Shown: positions 10,568-21,431 of the stretch, in pieces | How the letters are laid out: each line of letters starts with the position of its first letter | Position numbering within the stretch: the first letter of the stretch is position 1 | Position numbers and translations under genes: made by a program | Assembly: GCA_963841435.1 (NCBI GenBank) | Contig: CAWJCS010000003.1 | Location: 224,001-288,000 of the forward strand | Direction of reading: 5' to 3' | From: an uncultured delta proteobacterium | GTDB lineage: Bacteria; Myxococcota_A; Polyangia; Polyangiales; Polyangiaceae | Length of the DNA stretch: 64,000 nucleotides | The notes under the pieces: model-generated | What the model was told of the DNA's origin: nothing | The model's input: the letters and a program-made list of their open reading frames with translations, nothing else | Databases searched by the model: none

Positions 10568-11397
10568 GGCGGCTCTCGGGCTGCTTGTTCGCCTGCGGCG
10601 CCGTGCTCCGCGCGCCCGCGGCGTCGGCGGCCTGCGACCCGAGCGCACCCGACGCCGGAACGCCCGCGCGGATCGGAGCGGGCCCGGCCGGCTTCGGCGC
10701 GCTGCCGGAGGCCTGCGCCGGCACCGATGTCTCGCTTTCGGCCGACGGCGCGCTACTCGTCAACACCGGCAACTTCTACGGCTCGCTCGAGGCGGCGGCC
10801 GCGGTGCGAGCTCGCTACGCGTTCGGCGAGCGCCTCTGGATCTCGGCGTTCCTGCCGGGGCCCGATTTCCGCTACGTCGCCAACGCCACGGTCGACGCCT
10901 CGTCGCTCGACCTCGGGCCGATGGCGTTCGGGTTGCACGTGAGCGTTCCGTTCGCGCGCCGCGGCCGGCTCGCCCCGTTCGCGCGCGTGCTCGTCCCGAC
11001 CGAAACCGTGTTCGAGAACGCCGTCCGCTACGGCGTCGAGCAGGGTTTTTCCGTGGCGTGGCCGCTCCGGCCAGACCTCGAGCTGCTCGGCGGCGTGACC
11101 TTCCCGCTGCTCCTCACGGACGGCTCGGGCACCGTGCACGCGAGCTTCGGCCCGGGCGCGGGCGCCGAAGCCGTCTTCACACCGCTCCGCTTTTTCAGCG
11201 TGCTGGGCGGCTTCATGCTGCGCCTGCGCGGCGGGGACGACGCCGGCTTCGAGAGCTTCGATCCGCTGCTCGGCGTGCGCTTCTTCCCGTTCCCCGGATT
11301 CCACGTCGAGCTCGCCGCACGAGCGCCGCTCTTTGGCCACGACCGCACGGACCTAGCCCTTGCGCTGAACGTGGGTTACGCGTTCGGCGCACGCTGA
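10564..11397 (+). CDS. Hypothetical exported protein, possible outer-membrane beta-barrel
   Basis: Signal peptide, amphipathic beta pattern, C-terminal VGYAF; GTGA overlap with the upstream gene. Confidence 0.55.
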   Translation: MRRLSGCLFACGAVLRAPAASAACDPSAPDAGTPARIGAGPAGFGALPEACAGTDVSLSADGALLVNTGNFYGSLEAAAAVRARYAFGERLWISAFLPGPDFRYVANATVDASSLDLGPMAFGLHVSVPFARRGRLAPFARVLVPTETVFENAVRYGVEQGFSVAWPLRPDLELLGGVTFPLLLTDGSGTVHASFGPGAGAEAVFTPLRFFSVLGGFMLRLRGGDDAGFESFDPLLGVRFFPFPGFHVELAARAPLFGHDRTDLALALNVGYAFGAR

Positions 11398-11454
11398 GCG
11401 GACCGCGGCGAAGGCACGCCTTCCTGCGAAAAACGGTGCTAGGGAGCGCGCTAA

Positions 11455-12792
11455 GTGCCTTCTCCAGAAAGTCACCCCGAGGTGTGCGTGATCGGCGCCG
11501 GCTCGTCGGGCCTCGTCGCGATCAAAGCGCTCAAGGACGCCGGCGTGACGTTCGACTGCTTCGAGGAAAGCGATCGCCCGGGGGGACTCTGGGTATTCAA
11601 GAACCCGAACGAAAAGAGCGCCGCGTACCGCTCGCTCCGTATCAACACCTCGCGCGACCGCATGCAGTACGCCGACTTTCCGATGCCCAAGAGCTACCCC
11701 GACTACCCGGGGCACGCCGAGATCGCCGCCTACTTCGCGGCGTACGTGGAACGCTTCGGTCTGCTCGCGGATATCCAGCTCGGCACGCGGGTCGAGCGCG
11801 CGACGCGCTCGGACGACGGTCGCTTCGCCGTCGAGACGAGCGACGGCAAGCGTCGCTCCTACCGCGCGCTCATCGTCGCGAACGGCCACCACTGGGATCC
11901 CAAGCTGCCCGACCCGCCCTTTGCGGGGCATTTCAGCGGGGTCTCGTTCCACTCGTCGGCCTACGTGGACCCGCACGAGCCCCATGATCTGGTCGGCAAG
12001 CGCGTGCTGGTCGTCGGGTTCGGCAACAGCGCCGTCAACGTCGCGAGCGAGCTCGCGAAACCGGGCGGTGCCGCGCGCGTCGTGCTTTCCACCCGACGCG
12101 GCGCGTGGGTGCTCCCCAAGATGGTGTTCGGGCGCCCGCTCGACCAGCTCGGCGTGACGCCGAGCTTCCTGCCGCTGCGGGTGCGGCAGGCGATCGGCCA
12201 GGCGCTCTACCGCATCGTCATCGGGCGGCTCGAGGACTACGGGTTGCCGAGGCCCGACCACTTGCTCGGCGGCGCGCACCCCACGCTCTCGAGCGAGCTC
12301 TTGCCGTTGCTTGCCGCAGGGCGCGTGACGCGGCGGCCGAACGTGCGAAACCTCGCGGGGAGCACGGTCGAGTTCGAGGACGGCACGCACGAGGAGCTGG
12401 ATGCCATCGTGTACGCGACGGGGTACAAGGTGAGCTTTCCCTTCTTCGACCCCGCGTTCGTCTCCGCCCCCGACAACGACTTATCCCTCTATTTTCGTAC
12501 TTTTCACCCCGACATTCAATACCTTTACTTCGTGGGCCTCGCGCAGCCGCTCGGTGCGATCATGCCGATCGCCGAGGCGCAGGCAAAGCTCGTCGCGGCG
12601 CATCTCACGGGAAAGTACGCGACGCCCCCGGGCGAGGCGATGCGCGAGGCGGCGAGCGCCGAGCGCCGTGCCGTTGCCAACCGCTACGTGCGCTCGAGCC
12701 GGCACACCATGCAGGTCGATTTCGACGAGTTCATGCTCGCGCTCGCCCGTGAGCGTGTCGAAGGCGAGCGGCGCGCGCGTTCGAGGCGCTGA
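11455..12792 (+). CDS. Flavin-containing monooxygenase (class B FMO)
   Basis: GAGSSG FAD motif, FSGVSFHSSAY FMO fingerprint, GFGNSA NADPH motif, ATGY. Confidence 0.92.
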   Translation: MPSPESHPEVCVIGAGSSGLVAIKALKDAGVTFDCFEESDRPGGLWVFKNPNEKSAAYRSLRINTSRDRMQYADFPMPKSYPDYPGHAEIAAYFAAYVERFGLLADIQLGTRVERATRSDDGRFAVETSDGKRRSYRALIVANGHHWDPKLPDPPFAGHFSGVSFHSSAYVDPHEPHDLVGKRVLVVGFGNSAVNVASELAKPGGAARVVLSTRRGAWVLPKMVFGRPLDQLGVTPSFLPLRVRQAIGQALYRIVIGRLEDYGLPRPDHLLGGAHPTLSSELLPLLAAGRVTRRPNVRNLAGSTVEFEDGTHEELDAIVYATGYKVSFPFFDPAFVSAPDNDLSLYFRTFHPDIQYLYFVGLAQPLGAIMPIAEAQAKLVAAHLTGKYATPPGEAMREAASAERRAVANRYVRSSRHTMQVDFDEFMLALARERVEGERRARSRR

Positions 12793-12796
12793 GCGG

Positions 12797-14587
12797 TCAG
12801 CCGCGCAGCGCGGCGCTGGCGACGCGTGCGAGCCCCAGGGGACCCGGGGAGAGCGTGAAGTCGGCGAGCCGCTCGGCGAGCCGCCGCCGCGTGCGATGCC
12901 CGACGTACCAGACCGGCTTGGGAACGGCGACGAGAGGCCCCCGCAGCACCGTTTTCTCGACGTGCCGGAGCAGGAGCGCATTGTGGCCCCAGCCGAGTCC
13001 GCTCTGCACGTTCTCGAGCGTGCTCGAAGGGTGCCCTCCCCACGGCAGCGTGCCGAGCCCGTAGCTGACCGCGGGCCACACGTTGACGCACACGGAGCCG
13101 TAGCGAAGCGCCGCGACCGCGCGCTCGAGCGCGGCGGCCGTCGCGGCATCGGCCTCGATGGCGCTCGGCACGACGAGCATCGCGTTCAGCGTGCCCCAGA
13201 CGCGCTCGTTCACGAAGCGTGTCGCCTCGTCCAAGAACTCGAGCGGGTCGCCGCTGCCCACGGGCACCTCCGAGAGCACGGCACAGAACGGCTCGTCGGA
13301 GAAGCACGCGGCGGGCTCCGCGGGATCGAGATCGGTGACGAACGACCAGGGCACGACGGCGGGCGCGTCGCTCTTGCCGGCGAGCACGCGCTCAGAGCCC
13401 CCACCGAACGAGCGCAGCCTGCCCTCATGGCTGAAACGCCGGTATTTGGCGAGAGCGCCCGGATAATAGGCGAGCCGGGGCTCCGTCCGCTCGAGCACAC
13501 GCGCCATCGCCGCGAGCAGCCGCTCGCGAAGCTCCGTGCCATGCGGCGTGATGATGAGCTTGGTCGCGTTGCAGTTGAACCCGGCGTTGAACGCGAACGA
13601 GCCGACCAGGCTCTCGGCGGCGTGCATGAGCTCTCAATCCGTGTAGTGCCCGGGAACGACGAGCGCGGGGCTCACGTTGCCGAGCTCGCTCGTCACCGGT
13701 TTTTTCAGCAGCGGATCGCGCGCGGCCTTGCGCGCGGCTCGGCCTTTCGTCGGTCCCCAGACGATGGCCTCGTGGGTTTCGTAAGCGCCCGTCACGTGGA
13801 CGACGTCGACGGCCGGGTGCGCAACGAGGAGCTCGCCGAGCTCGCGTCCGCCGTAGACGAACGCGAGAAAGCCGCGCTTCACGAGCGGAGCGAACGCGAG
13901 CTCGAGCAATGGGCCGAGGTAGTCGTTGGCGGGGCTCGCTTTGTAAACGCACGCACGACCGTGAACGAAGATCTGCTGGAGCGCGTCGACGACGCCGATG
14001 GACGTGACGTTGCCGGCCCCGAGCACGAGCGCGACCGCGCTCGTCGAGGACGGCACGTCGCGGGGCGCGAGGGTCACCTCTTTCGGATCGACCTCGCGGT
14101 CGAGCAGGGCCGTGGCGCTCCAGCGCGGTGCGACGACGGCCTCGTAAGCGTCGCGCGGCAGCACGTCGACGACGGTACGGCCGCCCTCGAGACGCGCGTC
14201 CCCGGCACCGATGTCGCCGCGCCCCTCGAGGGTTCGCGCGAGCTCCACGGCGTAGCGGACGACGATGACGGGGCCGTCGAGGGCGGGCTCGCCGGAGAGC
14301 GGACCGTCGTTCGGGATGCCCTTCGCCTTCGCGTCGAGGGCGATGATGCGGGAGCCAACCTCGTGAAAACGACGCGCAGCGTCCCGCAACAGCGCGGCCC
14401 GTTCGGGCGCGCCCAGCCGAGCGAGCCGCGGCGCGGCAGCGGAGAGCCGGGCAAGCGCCGCATCGACCGCGGCAGGCTCCGTGGGCGGGGGCCGCGCGGG
14501 CCCGGGCTCCCGGGCTCCCGGAGCCACCCCGGGGGGCGGGTTCTCGGGGTCCGGGCCCCGGTGTTTCGAGCCAGATCCCGAATCCAT
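12797..14587 (-). pseudogene. Aldehyde dehydrogenase family protein interrupted by one in-frame TGA (13634-13636)
   Basis: LGAGN, SELGNVSP, GFNCNA, EPFC motifs across two ORFs in the same frame: GHYTD*ELMHAAE. Confidence 0.8.
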
Positions 14588-14694
14588 GGTCGAGCTCCCA
14601 TTGCCCGCCGCTCGCGGAGGTGCAACGCAGGGGAAACAGCGTAGCATTAGCGAGCGGGGGACGTTCCTTTTTGAGTCACGAAGAGCGCACACCG

Positions 14695-15897
14695 ATGGAG
14701 AGTCCCGTTTCTTCGAAAGAGCCCGACAAGGGGAGCGCGGAGCCCGTCGGCGCCGCCGTCGAACGCTCTCGTAGCAGCCGGCCCCCGGCCACCGCCCGGC
14801 GAACCAGCAGCAGCGCTCACATGCAGGCCGCGCTGAACGCCAGCGGTCGCGCGGAAGCGAGCCTCACCACGCTGATGCGCGCCATCCGCGACCTCAGCTC
14901 GGGCGTGAGCGGCGCGCGCGAGGCAAACCTTCAGCTCCTGCGGGAGCTCGAGGCCATGGCCGACATGCTCGGCTCCGCGAACGAACAGCAGCTCGCGATG
15001 AAGAATCGCGTCGCGCTGCTCGAGCAGACCCTCGAGCGGGTGCACCAGGAGGCCGCGGCCGAACGAGGCTACATCCTCGACCAGCAGGACGCCTTCATCG
15101 CCGCAATGATGGAGGACCACGAGCAGGTGCTCGTGGAGCTGCATCGTGAGCTCGAGGTCGCTCGCGCAAGGCCGAGCCAGCGCCCGACGACGCTGCCGGA
15201 TTTCCCCGGCGTCTCCGCACCCGGCGAGCAGAGCGATCTGCGCTCCGCGCTCGACGCGGCGGAGCGCACGATCGAAAAGCTCTTCGCCGAGCGCGATCGT
15301 GCACGCGAGACGCTACTCAAGCTGCAGGCCCAGCGCGACGAAGCGCAGGCCACCGTCGCGCGCCTCACGCGCGAGCGCGATCAAGCCCGCGCCGACCACT
15401 CGCACTCGCGCATCAACGACGCCATGCGCCAGGCCATCCCGCCGAGCACGACGCCGCTGCCCGGCTTGCGCGCCGCCTCGACGCTGCCACCCACGGAGGA
15501 GACGCCCCGGCCGCCGGAGCTCGGGCCCGAGAGCCCAGTGGCCGCGCCCTCGTCGGCACCCGTGCGGGTCGGCAGCATGTCGCGCCCGCGCGCCCCGGCG
15601 CTCGAGCTTTCCCCGCGCGAGGTCCCGAACCGGCCCTCGCCGCCGCCCGAGGAGCTTCGCGCCGCGCTCCACCCACCGAGCTCGAAGCCTTCGGGCGTCG
15701 CGCTCGGCGTGCCCGCCGCGGAGGAACAGCGCGACACACCGCCCGGCCCGCCCGTGCTGAGCGACGCGCCCCCGCCACCCGCGGTCTCGCCATCCAAGGA
15801 GCCGGGGCCGCGCAGCGGCGGCGGGTACTCGCTGACGAACAGCGTCGCGCCCGAGCACATTCCGACATCGCACGTCTCGCGAGCGCCACGGCGCTGA
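14695..15897 (+). CDS. Hypothetical coiled-coil / Pro-rich protein
   Basis: Long ORF with heptad-rich centre and Pro-rich tail. Confidence 0.65.
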   Translation: MESPVSSKEPDKGSAEPVGAAVERSRSSRPPATARRTSSSAHMQAALNASGRAEASLTTLMRAIRDLSSGVSGAREANLQLLRELEAMADMLGSANEQQLAMKNRVALLEQTLERVHQEAAAERGYILDQQDAFIAAMMEDHEQVLVELHRELEVARARPSQRPTTLPDFPGVSAPGEQSDLRSALDAAERTIEKLFAERDRARETLLKLQAQRDEAQATVARLTRERDQARADHSHSRINDAMRQAIPPSTTPLPGLRAASTLPPTEETPRPPELGPESPVAAPSSAPVRVGSMSRPRAPALELSPREVPNRPSPPPEELRAALHPPSSKPSGVALGVPAAEEQRDTPPGPPVLSDAPPPPAVSPSKEPGPRSGGGYSLTNSVAPEHIPTSHVSRAPRR

Positions 15898-15917
15898 GCC
15901 AGGACTCCGTCCCTCTC

Positions 15918-16724
15918 GTGTCGGGCCGGGCGCTTCCCAAAGCCGCGACGCTGTGGACCGCCGCAGCGTGCCTGCTCGCGCTCCTCGCGCTCTGCTTCCC
16001 GCTGCTGGCGCTGCCGGTGTCGCTCTTCGTGTTTTTGAGCTTTCTCGCGTCGCCGCGCGAGCCCATTGCGACACTGCGCGCGCGGCGCGTCGCACACGCC
16101 GCCGCCGGCGTCGTCGCGATGGTCGCCTTCGGCCTCTTCATGGTGCGCGAGGCCGTGCCCGGCATCGTCGAGGGCGGCACGCGGGCGGCGGGCGGGCGCG
16201 CGATCTCGCGGCTGCGCGAGATCCTCTTCGCCGAGGACGCCGCGCGCAAGCACCCGGGCTGGGATCCCGACCGCGACGGCGTCGGCTCCGCGCTGCTCGT
16301 CGGCGAGCTCAGCGGCGAGCTCGGTATGCGTGGTCAGGCGCGGGTCGATCCACCGCTGCTCGAAGGCTACCCGAAGAGCGAGCCGGTCTCGGCGGGGCGG
16401 GCCCTCGAGGTCGGCGAGTTCTGGTTCATGGTGTGCTTGCCGACGCGCGGCGGGCTGTCGAGCGAGCCGGGCGCGCCGTTCGACGACGAGCTCGCCGAAC
16501 GGCGCTTCGTCGCCTACGCGTGGCCCTCGGGCAGAGCGCCGGGGCTCTCGCGCGCTTACTTCATCGACGAGCACGACCGCATTCTTTCCGCGCACTCGGA
16601 CGCAGGCGTGCGCTTCGGCATGAATCACGCCCCGAACTGCGACGACGCGCTCGCCCCCGCGACGCGGGGCGACTGGTCGGTGTGGCGCGACAAGAAACCC
16701 CGCGACAAGCTGCCGGGCGGGTGA
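15918..16724 (+). CDS. Hypothetical membrane protein with a pilin-like/DUF2950-like C-terminal motif
   Basis: N-terminal hydrophobic helices; RFVAYAWP...RAYFIDEHD motif. Confidence 0.5.
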   Translation: MSGRALPKAATLWTAAACLLALLALCFPLLALPVSLFVFLSFLASPREPIATLRARRVAHAAAGVVAMVAFGLFMVREAVPGIVEGGTRAAGGRAISRLREILFAEDAARKHPGWDPDRDGVGSALLVGELSGELGMRGQARVDPPLLEGYPKSEPVSAGRALEVGEFWFMVCLPTRGGLSSEPGAPFDDELAERRFVAYAWPSGRAPGLSRAYFIDEHDRILSAHSDAGVRFGMNHAPNCDDALAPATRGDWSVWRDKKPRDKLPGG

Positions 16725-16746
16725 GAATGCTCGCCCACTTCGTGCC

Positions 16747-17928
16747 ATGAGCCCCGAGTACAAGAGCGAGGAGAACCGCGACGTGCCACCGGCGCGCCCG
16801 GGCGAGTTCGCGCCACTCCGGCTAGGCCCGCGGCTCGTCGTGTCGCCTCCGGTCGTGCTCGCGCCCATGGCTGGGGTCACGAACTACCCGTTCCGACGGC
16901 TCTGCCGGCGGTTCGGCGCCGGGCTTTACGTGAGCGAGATGATCACGGCGCGGCCGCTCGTCGAGGGCAACCAGAAGACGCTCAGAATCGCCGACTTCGG
17001 GCCCGAGGAGACGCCGCGGAGCCTGCAGCTCTACGGCGTGGATCCCTACTACGTGGGCGAGGCCGTGCGGCGCCTCGTCGGCGAAGGGCGCGTCGATCAC
17101 ATCGACATGAATTTCGGCTGCCCCGTGCGCAAGGTGACGTCGAAAGGTGGCGGCGCGGCGATTCCCGCCAAGCCGCGCCTGCTCGCGAACATCGTGCGCG
17201 CGGCCGTGCGCGCCGCGGGCGACGTGCCCGTCACCATCAAGTTCAGGCTCGGCATCGACGAGCGCGTGATCACCTACCTCGACGCGGGACGCGTCGGCGA
17301 GGCCGAAGGCGTCCGTGCCGTCGCGCTCCACGCCCGCACGGCCGCCGACCTCTACGACGGCGCGGCGCGCTGGGACGCGATCGCGGAGCTGAAGCGCGCG
17401 GTACGGGTGCCCGTGCTCGGCAACGGCGACATCTGGGAGGCCGAGGACGCGCTTCGCATGCTGCGCACCACGGGGTGCGACGGCGTGGTCATCGGGCGCG
17501 GCTGCCTCGGACGGCCCTGGTTGTTTCGCGACCTCGACGACCTGCTCTCGGGCCGCGAGGCCCGGGACCCGCCGCGCCTCGGCGAGATCGCCGCGATCAT
17601 GCACGAGCACGCGGCGTCGCTCGCCGAGTGGGTCGGCGAAAGCGCGGCCATGCGTGCCTTCCGCCGCCACGCGACCTGGTACACGAAGGGCTTCCGCGGC
17701 AGCGCCGCCCTGCGCGGACGTTTCATGCAAGTGACGACTCTGGGGGAGCTCGATGACCTGCTGGGGCAGCTTGACCCGAGCGAGCGATTCCCCCCGAGCG
17801 CCATGCGGGTCCCCCGGGGCAAGGCCTCGGGCAGGCAGACGGTGAGTTTGCCACCAGGCTATCTGGATGACCGGCAAGACCCCACACCACCGAGCGCAGC
17901 GGCCGAGGACGGCCTTTCCGGCGGATGA
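16747..17928 (+). CDS. dusB: tRNA-dihydrouridine synthase
   Basis: LAPMAGVT, DMNFGCP, LHART, GNGDI, GRGCLGRPW. Confidence 0.93.
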   Translation: MSPEYKSEENRDVPPARPGEFAPLRLGPRLVVSPPVVLAPMAGVTNYPFRRLCRRFGAGLYVSEMITARPLVEGNQKTLRIADFGPEETPRSLQLYGVDPYYVGEAVRRLVGEGRVDHIDMNFGCPVRKVTSKGGGAAIPAKPRLLANIVRAAVRAAGDVPVTIKFRLGIDERVITYLDAGRVGEAEGVRAVALHARTAADLYDGAARWDAIAELKRAVRVPVLGNGDIWEAEDALRMLRTTGCDGVVIGRGCLGRPWLFRDLDDLLSGREARDPPRLGEIAAIMHEHAASLAEWVGESAAMRAFRRHATWYTKGFRGSAALRGRFMQVTTLGELDDLLGQLDPSERFPPSAMRVPRGKASGRQTVSLPPGYLDDRQDPTPPSAAAEDGLSGG

Positions 17929-17931
17929 CCG

Positions 17932-18600
17932 ATGCCCGAGCTTGGAGTAGGCTTCGGCCGTACGGGTGGCGCAATGAAGGCACTTGCCAAGCTGCTCGCG
18001 GAGCTCGTGACGTGGCGCTGGGCGCCCACGGTGGGGCTCGTCTCGGCAGCGCTGCTGTTCGTGATGATCGTGGTGGGCATGGTGCCGGCGGAGATCGAGG
18101 TGCCGATGGCGAATCCGCGCTTCACGCCGAAGCCCGCCGCGACGCTGACCAACGCGTCGATGGACTCGATGCCGGAGCCCGTCCAGGCGGCGGCGATGCC
18201 CCCGCCCGCACGAGCGAGGCCGTTCGAGTTCGGCCGGCGTGGTTTCTCGCCGCCGCTCGAACGCCCCGACGCGCCACCGCCACCGCCGCCACCGGCACCG
18301 GCACCCGAGCCGGCGCCCGCCGCGCCGCCTCCGCCCGCCGAGGAGCCGGAGGCCGCGCCTCCCCCCATGCGCATGCTCGCCAACCGCGTCGGCGGGTTGC
18401 TCCAGAGCGTCACGCGAGTGATTCCCGGCGCAGCGCCCCCCGCTCCCAATGTGCCGCCGCCACCCGATGCACCGCCGCCGCCCGCAGCAGCCGAGCCGCC
18501 CGCGGGCGACGCTCCCGCGGAAGCTCCCGACGGGACCAATCCTGCGCCGCCCAATCCCGCGGGCGAAGCAGCAACCGAGACGCCGGCCGAAGCGGAGTGA
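17932..18600 (+). CDS. Hypothetical Pro-rich membrane-anchored protein (start may be 17974)
   Basis: One TM helix followed by Pro-rich sequence. Confidence 0.55.
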   Translation: MPELGVGFGRTGGAMKALAKLLAELVTWRWAPTVGLVSAALLFVMIVVGMVPAEIEVPMANPRFTPKPAATLTNASMDSMPEPVQAAAMPPPARARPFEFGRRGFSPPLERPDAPPPPPPPAPAPEPAPAAPPPPAEEPEAAPPPMRMLANRVGGLLQSVTRVIPGAAPPAPNVPPPPDAPPPPAAAEPPAGDAPAEAPDGTNPAPPNPAGEAATETPAEAE

Positions 18601-18624
18601 CGGCGCGCGCCGATTCGCGCGCCG
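18601..18624. terminator. GC hairpin between convergent genes
   Basis: cggcgcgc...gcgcgccg inverted repeat right after the stop at 18600; no U-tract. Confidence 0.3.
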
Positions 18625-18645
18625 CGGACGGGGTTCGGCAACCTT

Positions 18646-19228
18646 CTACGAAGACGGGCCGAGGCAGTGGCGTCGCACGTAGCGCCTGAGCGTCGAGGAC
18701 GTTCTGCGTGTCGTAGTAAAGCTCTGCGCCCGCGCGTGACTCGGCGCCGGGGTGCTCGAAGCAATCGAGGATCACCTGATACCCCTGCTGGAGCGAGTGC
18801 TCGTTCTCGGGGTACTCGCTTCTGTATTGTTCGAGCAGGCGACGTAGACCCGCCGCGTCCTCCACGTCGATCGCGCCGTCGAGCTGCCCCAAGAGGTTGT
18901 TCTCGTGGTAGATGCGAAGGTGCTTGGGCGTGACCGGGTGGGGGTGCATGGGACCCTCGGGCTCAGGGTCACGCGGGTCGTGGGGCTTGATGGGAACGCC
19001 GTCGTCGGCGATGTCGAGCGGCGCCGGAACGTGCACGGGTTCGGCGGGTCTCACTTGGAGGCTCGCGAGCGTGGCATCGGCGCGGGGAGCGGGCGGCGTC
19101 GCCGCGAGGGGCTCGGGGGGAGCCGGCGCCGACTCGAGGACGACGAGCGCGCCGAGCCCGAACAGCACGCCGAGCACGCCGAGGCCAAAAAGCGCCGTGG
19201 TCGAGCGTTCTTCGTGCGGGCGGGCCAC
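18646..19228 (-). CDS. Hypothetical membrane-anchored protein with a probable frameshift near 18700
   Basis: TM helix, HPHP motif; a plausible C-terminus (SSTLRRYVRRHCLGPSS*) lies in the adjacent frame. Confidence 0.55.
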
Positions 19229-19230
19229 GT

Positions 19231-20874
19231 TCAGTTCTTCGTGACCGTCCAGGTGACGGTCTGCTCGGAGCGCGGCCAGGACGTTGCGTGACAGTAGTTG
19301 CCCTTCACGGACGAGGGGCACGTGCCGCTGCGGTTCCGAACGAGATCCGTCGTGGCGTTGTCGTAGGCGCGTGCGGAAATCATGTGGGAGCCCGCGGCGA
19401 GCCCCGCTGTCGAGAAGGTCGTTCCGGCGTTTTCCGTGGTCGTTCCGTCGACCGTCCAGTTGACGTTGATGACGGCCGGGTCGATGACGTTGACGCGCAG
19501 CGTGTCGGGGTTCGTCACGGCGCCGGCGGGCGGCTCCGTCGAGTCGATGGGAACGACCGCGCGCCAGATCGAGAAGATCATCTGCTCGCGCGACACGCAG
19601 TTGAAGCTCGTGTTCACGTTGGTGCCAAATAGGCTGTTCATCATCGAGTTCGACGACGGGCGGTACTGGCCGGAGTTGACGTACCGGCTGCCGACGAAGG
19701 TCCCCTGCACACCCGTCGCACCCATGTCCGGGACGTTGAGCCCCTTCTGAACGAAGCCCATCCAGGCGTCCCACTTGCCACCCGTCGTCATGGGGTTGCC
19801 CGTGGAATTGACCTCGGAGTACTCCGTGCCGGTCGTGCCGCTGCCGTTGGTGTCGGCGCCGCAGCTCGCGCCGGTACCCTTTGCGCAATATTCGTCGGCG
19901 AGCTGGTGAAAGCCGTGCCCACCCTCGTGCAGGGCGGCGCCCGGCCCGTCCTGATTGCCGCCGGACCACAGCATCAAGATCGCGCCCGTGTTCTCCCAGA
20001 GGCTCTGGTTCAAGACGACGGCCTTCCAGTCGATCTCGAAGCTCTTCGGGACGTTCGCGTTGAGGTACGAAGTCACCTTCGATTCGTTGACGCGAGCGAG
20101 CCGGTCACCGCCATTGCCGCCGTCGAACGCCGTGGCCCCGTTGCCGATGCCGTTGCTCTGGCTCACGACCTTCTCGACGCAGATGTTGACGAAGTTTCGG
20201 TAACGCGCGTATGGCTGGCCGCTCTCGCTGTTGAAGCGGCGATCGAGCGCGTTGTTGATGTGCGTGACGAGGGTCGTGTTGATGCTCGTCGCGTCGTAAC
20301 CGTCACCGAGAATCACGTAGTTGACGCGGTTCGACGGGGGGCCGTGATTCTCGACGGCCCAGCCGTCGGGTCCGCAGTCGAGCGCGGGTGGCGCGCCGCC
20401 CGTGCCGCCCATGCCACCGAACGGCGAGCCCGCTGCGCCGCCCGCGCCAGCACCGGAGCCGGCCGAGCCTCCCTGCGCGCCGCCCGCGCCGGCACCCGAG
20501 CTGCCGCTCCCTGCGTCGCCCGCAATGCCGCCGGCACCTGCTCCCCCACCTGCTGAGCCTCCCGCGGCGGGACCGCTCCCGGCGTTGGCGCCGGCGCTTC
20601 CTGCACCGGCCCCCGCGCTCCCCGCAGTGGCGCTGCCGCCCGTACCGTTGCCTCCGGAGTCGACGCTGCCCGCCGTGCCGCCCGTCTGCGTACCGGTACC
20701 GCTGATACCACCGGTCGCACCACTTGCTCCGGCGCTTCCACCGGAGGCGGGCGCGGTGCCACCTGTCCCCGCGCCCGAAACGCCATCGGTTGTCGTTTCG
20801 AGTGAGCAGGCAGCGAGCAACACCAGAGCGACGAGAGAACTCCCGGCGCCGAGAACGCGATCAAATTGGGTCAT
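19231..20874 (-). CDS. Lipoprotein with Gly/Ser linker and M64 (IgA-peptidase-like) metallopeptidase domain
   Basis: LAAC lipobox; VILGDGY, PYARYRNFVN, HEGGHGFHQLADEY, YRPSSNSMM. Confidence 0.8.
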   Translation of the reverse strand: MTQFDRVLGAGSSLVALVLLAACSLETTTDGVSGAGTGGTAPASGGSAGASGATGGISGTGTQTGGTAGSVDSGGNGTGGSATAGSAGAGAGSAGANAGSGPAAGGSAGGGAGAGGIAGDAGSGSSGAGAGGAQGGSAGSGAGAGGAAGSPFGGMGGTGGAPPALDCGPDGWAVENHGPPSNRVNYVILGDGYDATSINTTLVTHINNALDRRFNSESGQPYARYRNFVNICVEKVVSQSNGIGNGATAFDGGNGGDRLARVNESKVTSYLNANVPKSFEIDWKAVVLNQSLWENTGAILMLWSGGNQDGPGAALHEGGHGFHQLADEYCAKGTGASCGADTNGSGTTGTEYSEVNSTGNPMTTGGKWDAWMGFVQKGLNVPDMGATGVQGTFVGSRYVNSGQYRPSSNSMMNSLFGTNVNTSFNCVSREQMIFSIWRAVVPIDSTEPPAGAVTNPDTLRVNVIDPAVINVNWTVDGTTTENAGTTFSTAGLAAGSHMISARAYDNATTDLVRNRSGTCPSSVKGNYCHATSWPRSEQTVTWTVTKN

Positions 20875-21059
20875 GTGAATCAAACCCTCGGATCGCGAGG
20901 TGACCGCCCGCGACGGAGGTGCACCAAAAAAGATGAACCCAAACGTCTTCTCCACCGCTGGTCGAATTTTTTTGCGACAGCTCGTGATCGAGCCGCGTGT
21001 CCTCGTCGCGGCACGCTCGTTCGTCGAACACGGGCCGAAATAGCGGGTGCGGTGCCGTC

Positions 21060-21431
21060 TCAGCGCGCGCGCAGGCGATCCAGCGCCCGCCGATCGGCCT
21101 TCGTGGGGCGCCCCGCACCGCGCTCACGGGCCGCGACGAGCGGCTCCTTCGGCGGCGGCGGCGGCGAGCGATCGACGTAGAGCAATCGCGCCTTGTCCGC
21201 CCCGAGGCGTTTCTCGGCGAGCGCCACGACCTCGAGCACGGTGAGGCCACGCGGCACCTCGGCGCTCACCTCGTCGCCCACGCGGACGAGATGGCTCGGG
21301 CGCACGGGCTGACCGTTGACGAGAACGCGCGCGGCGCCACACGCCTCCTGCGCGAGGGTGCGCGACTTGTAGACGCGAGCCGCCGTGAGCCAGCGGTCGA
21401 TGCGAACGCTGGGACCGGCGTCGGCTTTCAC
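21060..21431 (-). CDS. hslR: Ribosome-associated heat shock protein Hsp15 (S4 domain)
   Basis: RIDRWL..AR.YKSR, GRPTKADRR. Confidence 0.9.
   Translation of the reverse strand: MKADAGPSVRIDRWLTAARVYKSRTLAQEACGAARVLVNGQPVRPSHLVRVGDEVSAEVPRGLTVLEVVALAEKRLGADKARLLYVDRSPPPPPKEPLVAARERGAGRPTKADRRALDRLRAR

Noticed and set aside
13634-13636. Selenocysteine TGA
   Set aside because: The codon is not at the catalytic Cys, which is present about 20 codons downstream, and no SECIS-like hairpin was evident.
12554-14644. Long Arg/Ala/Pro-rich ORFs (also 10395..11987, 5047..6642, 15381..16880, 32281..33585)
   Set aside because: Antisense or alternate-frame shadows of real genes, as expected in very high-GC DNA.
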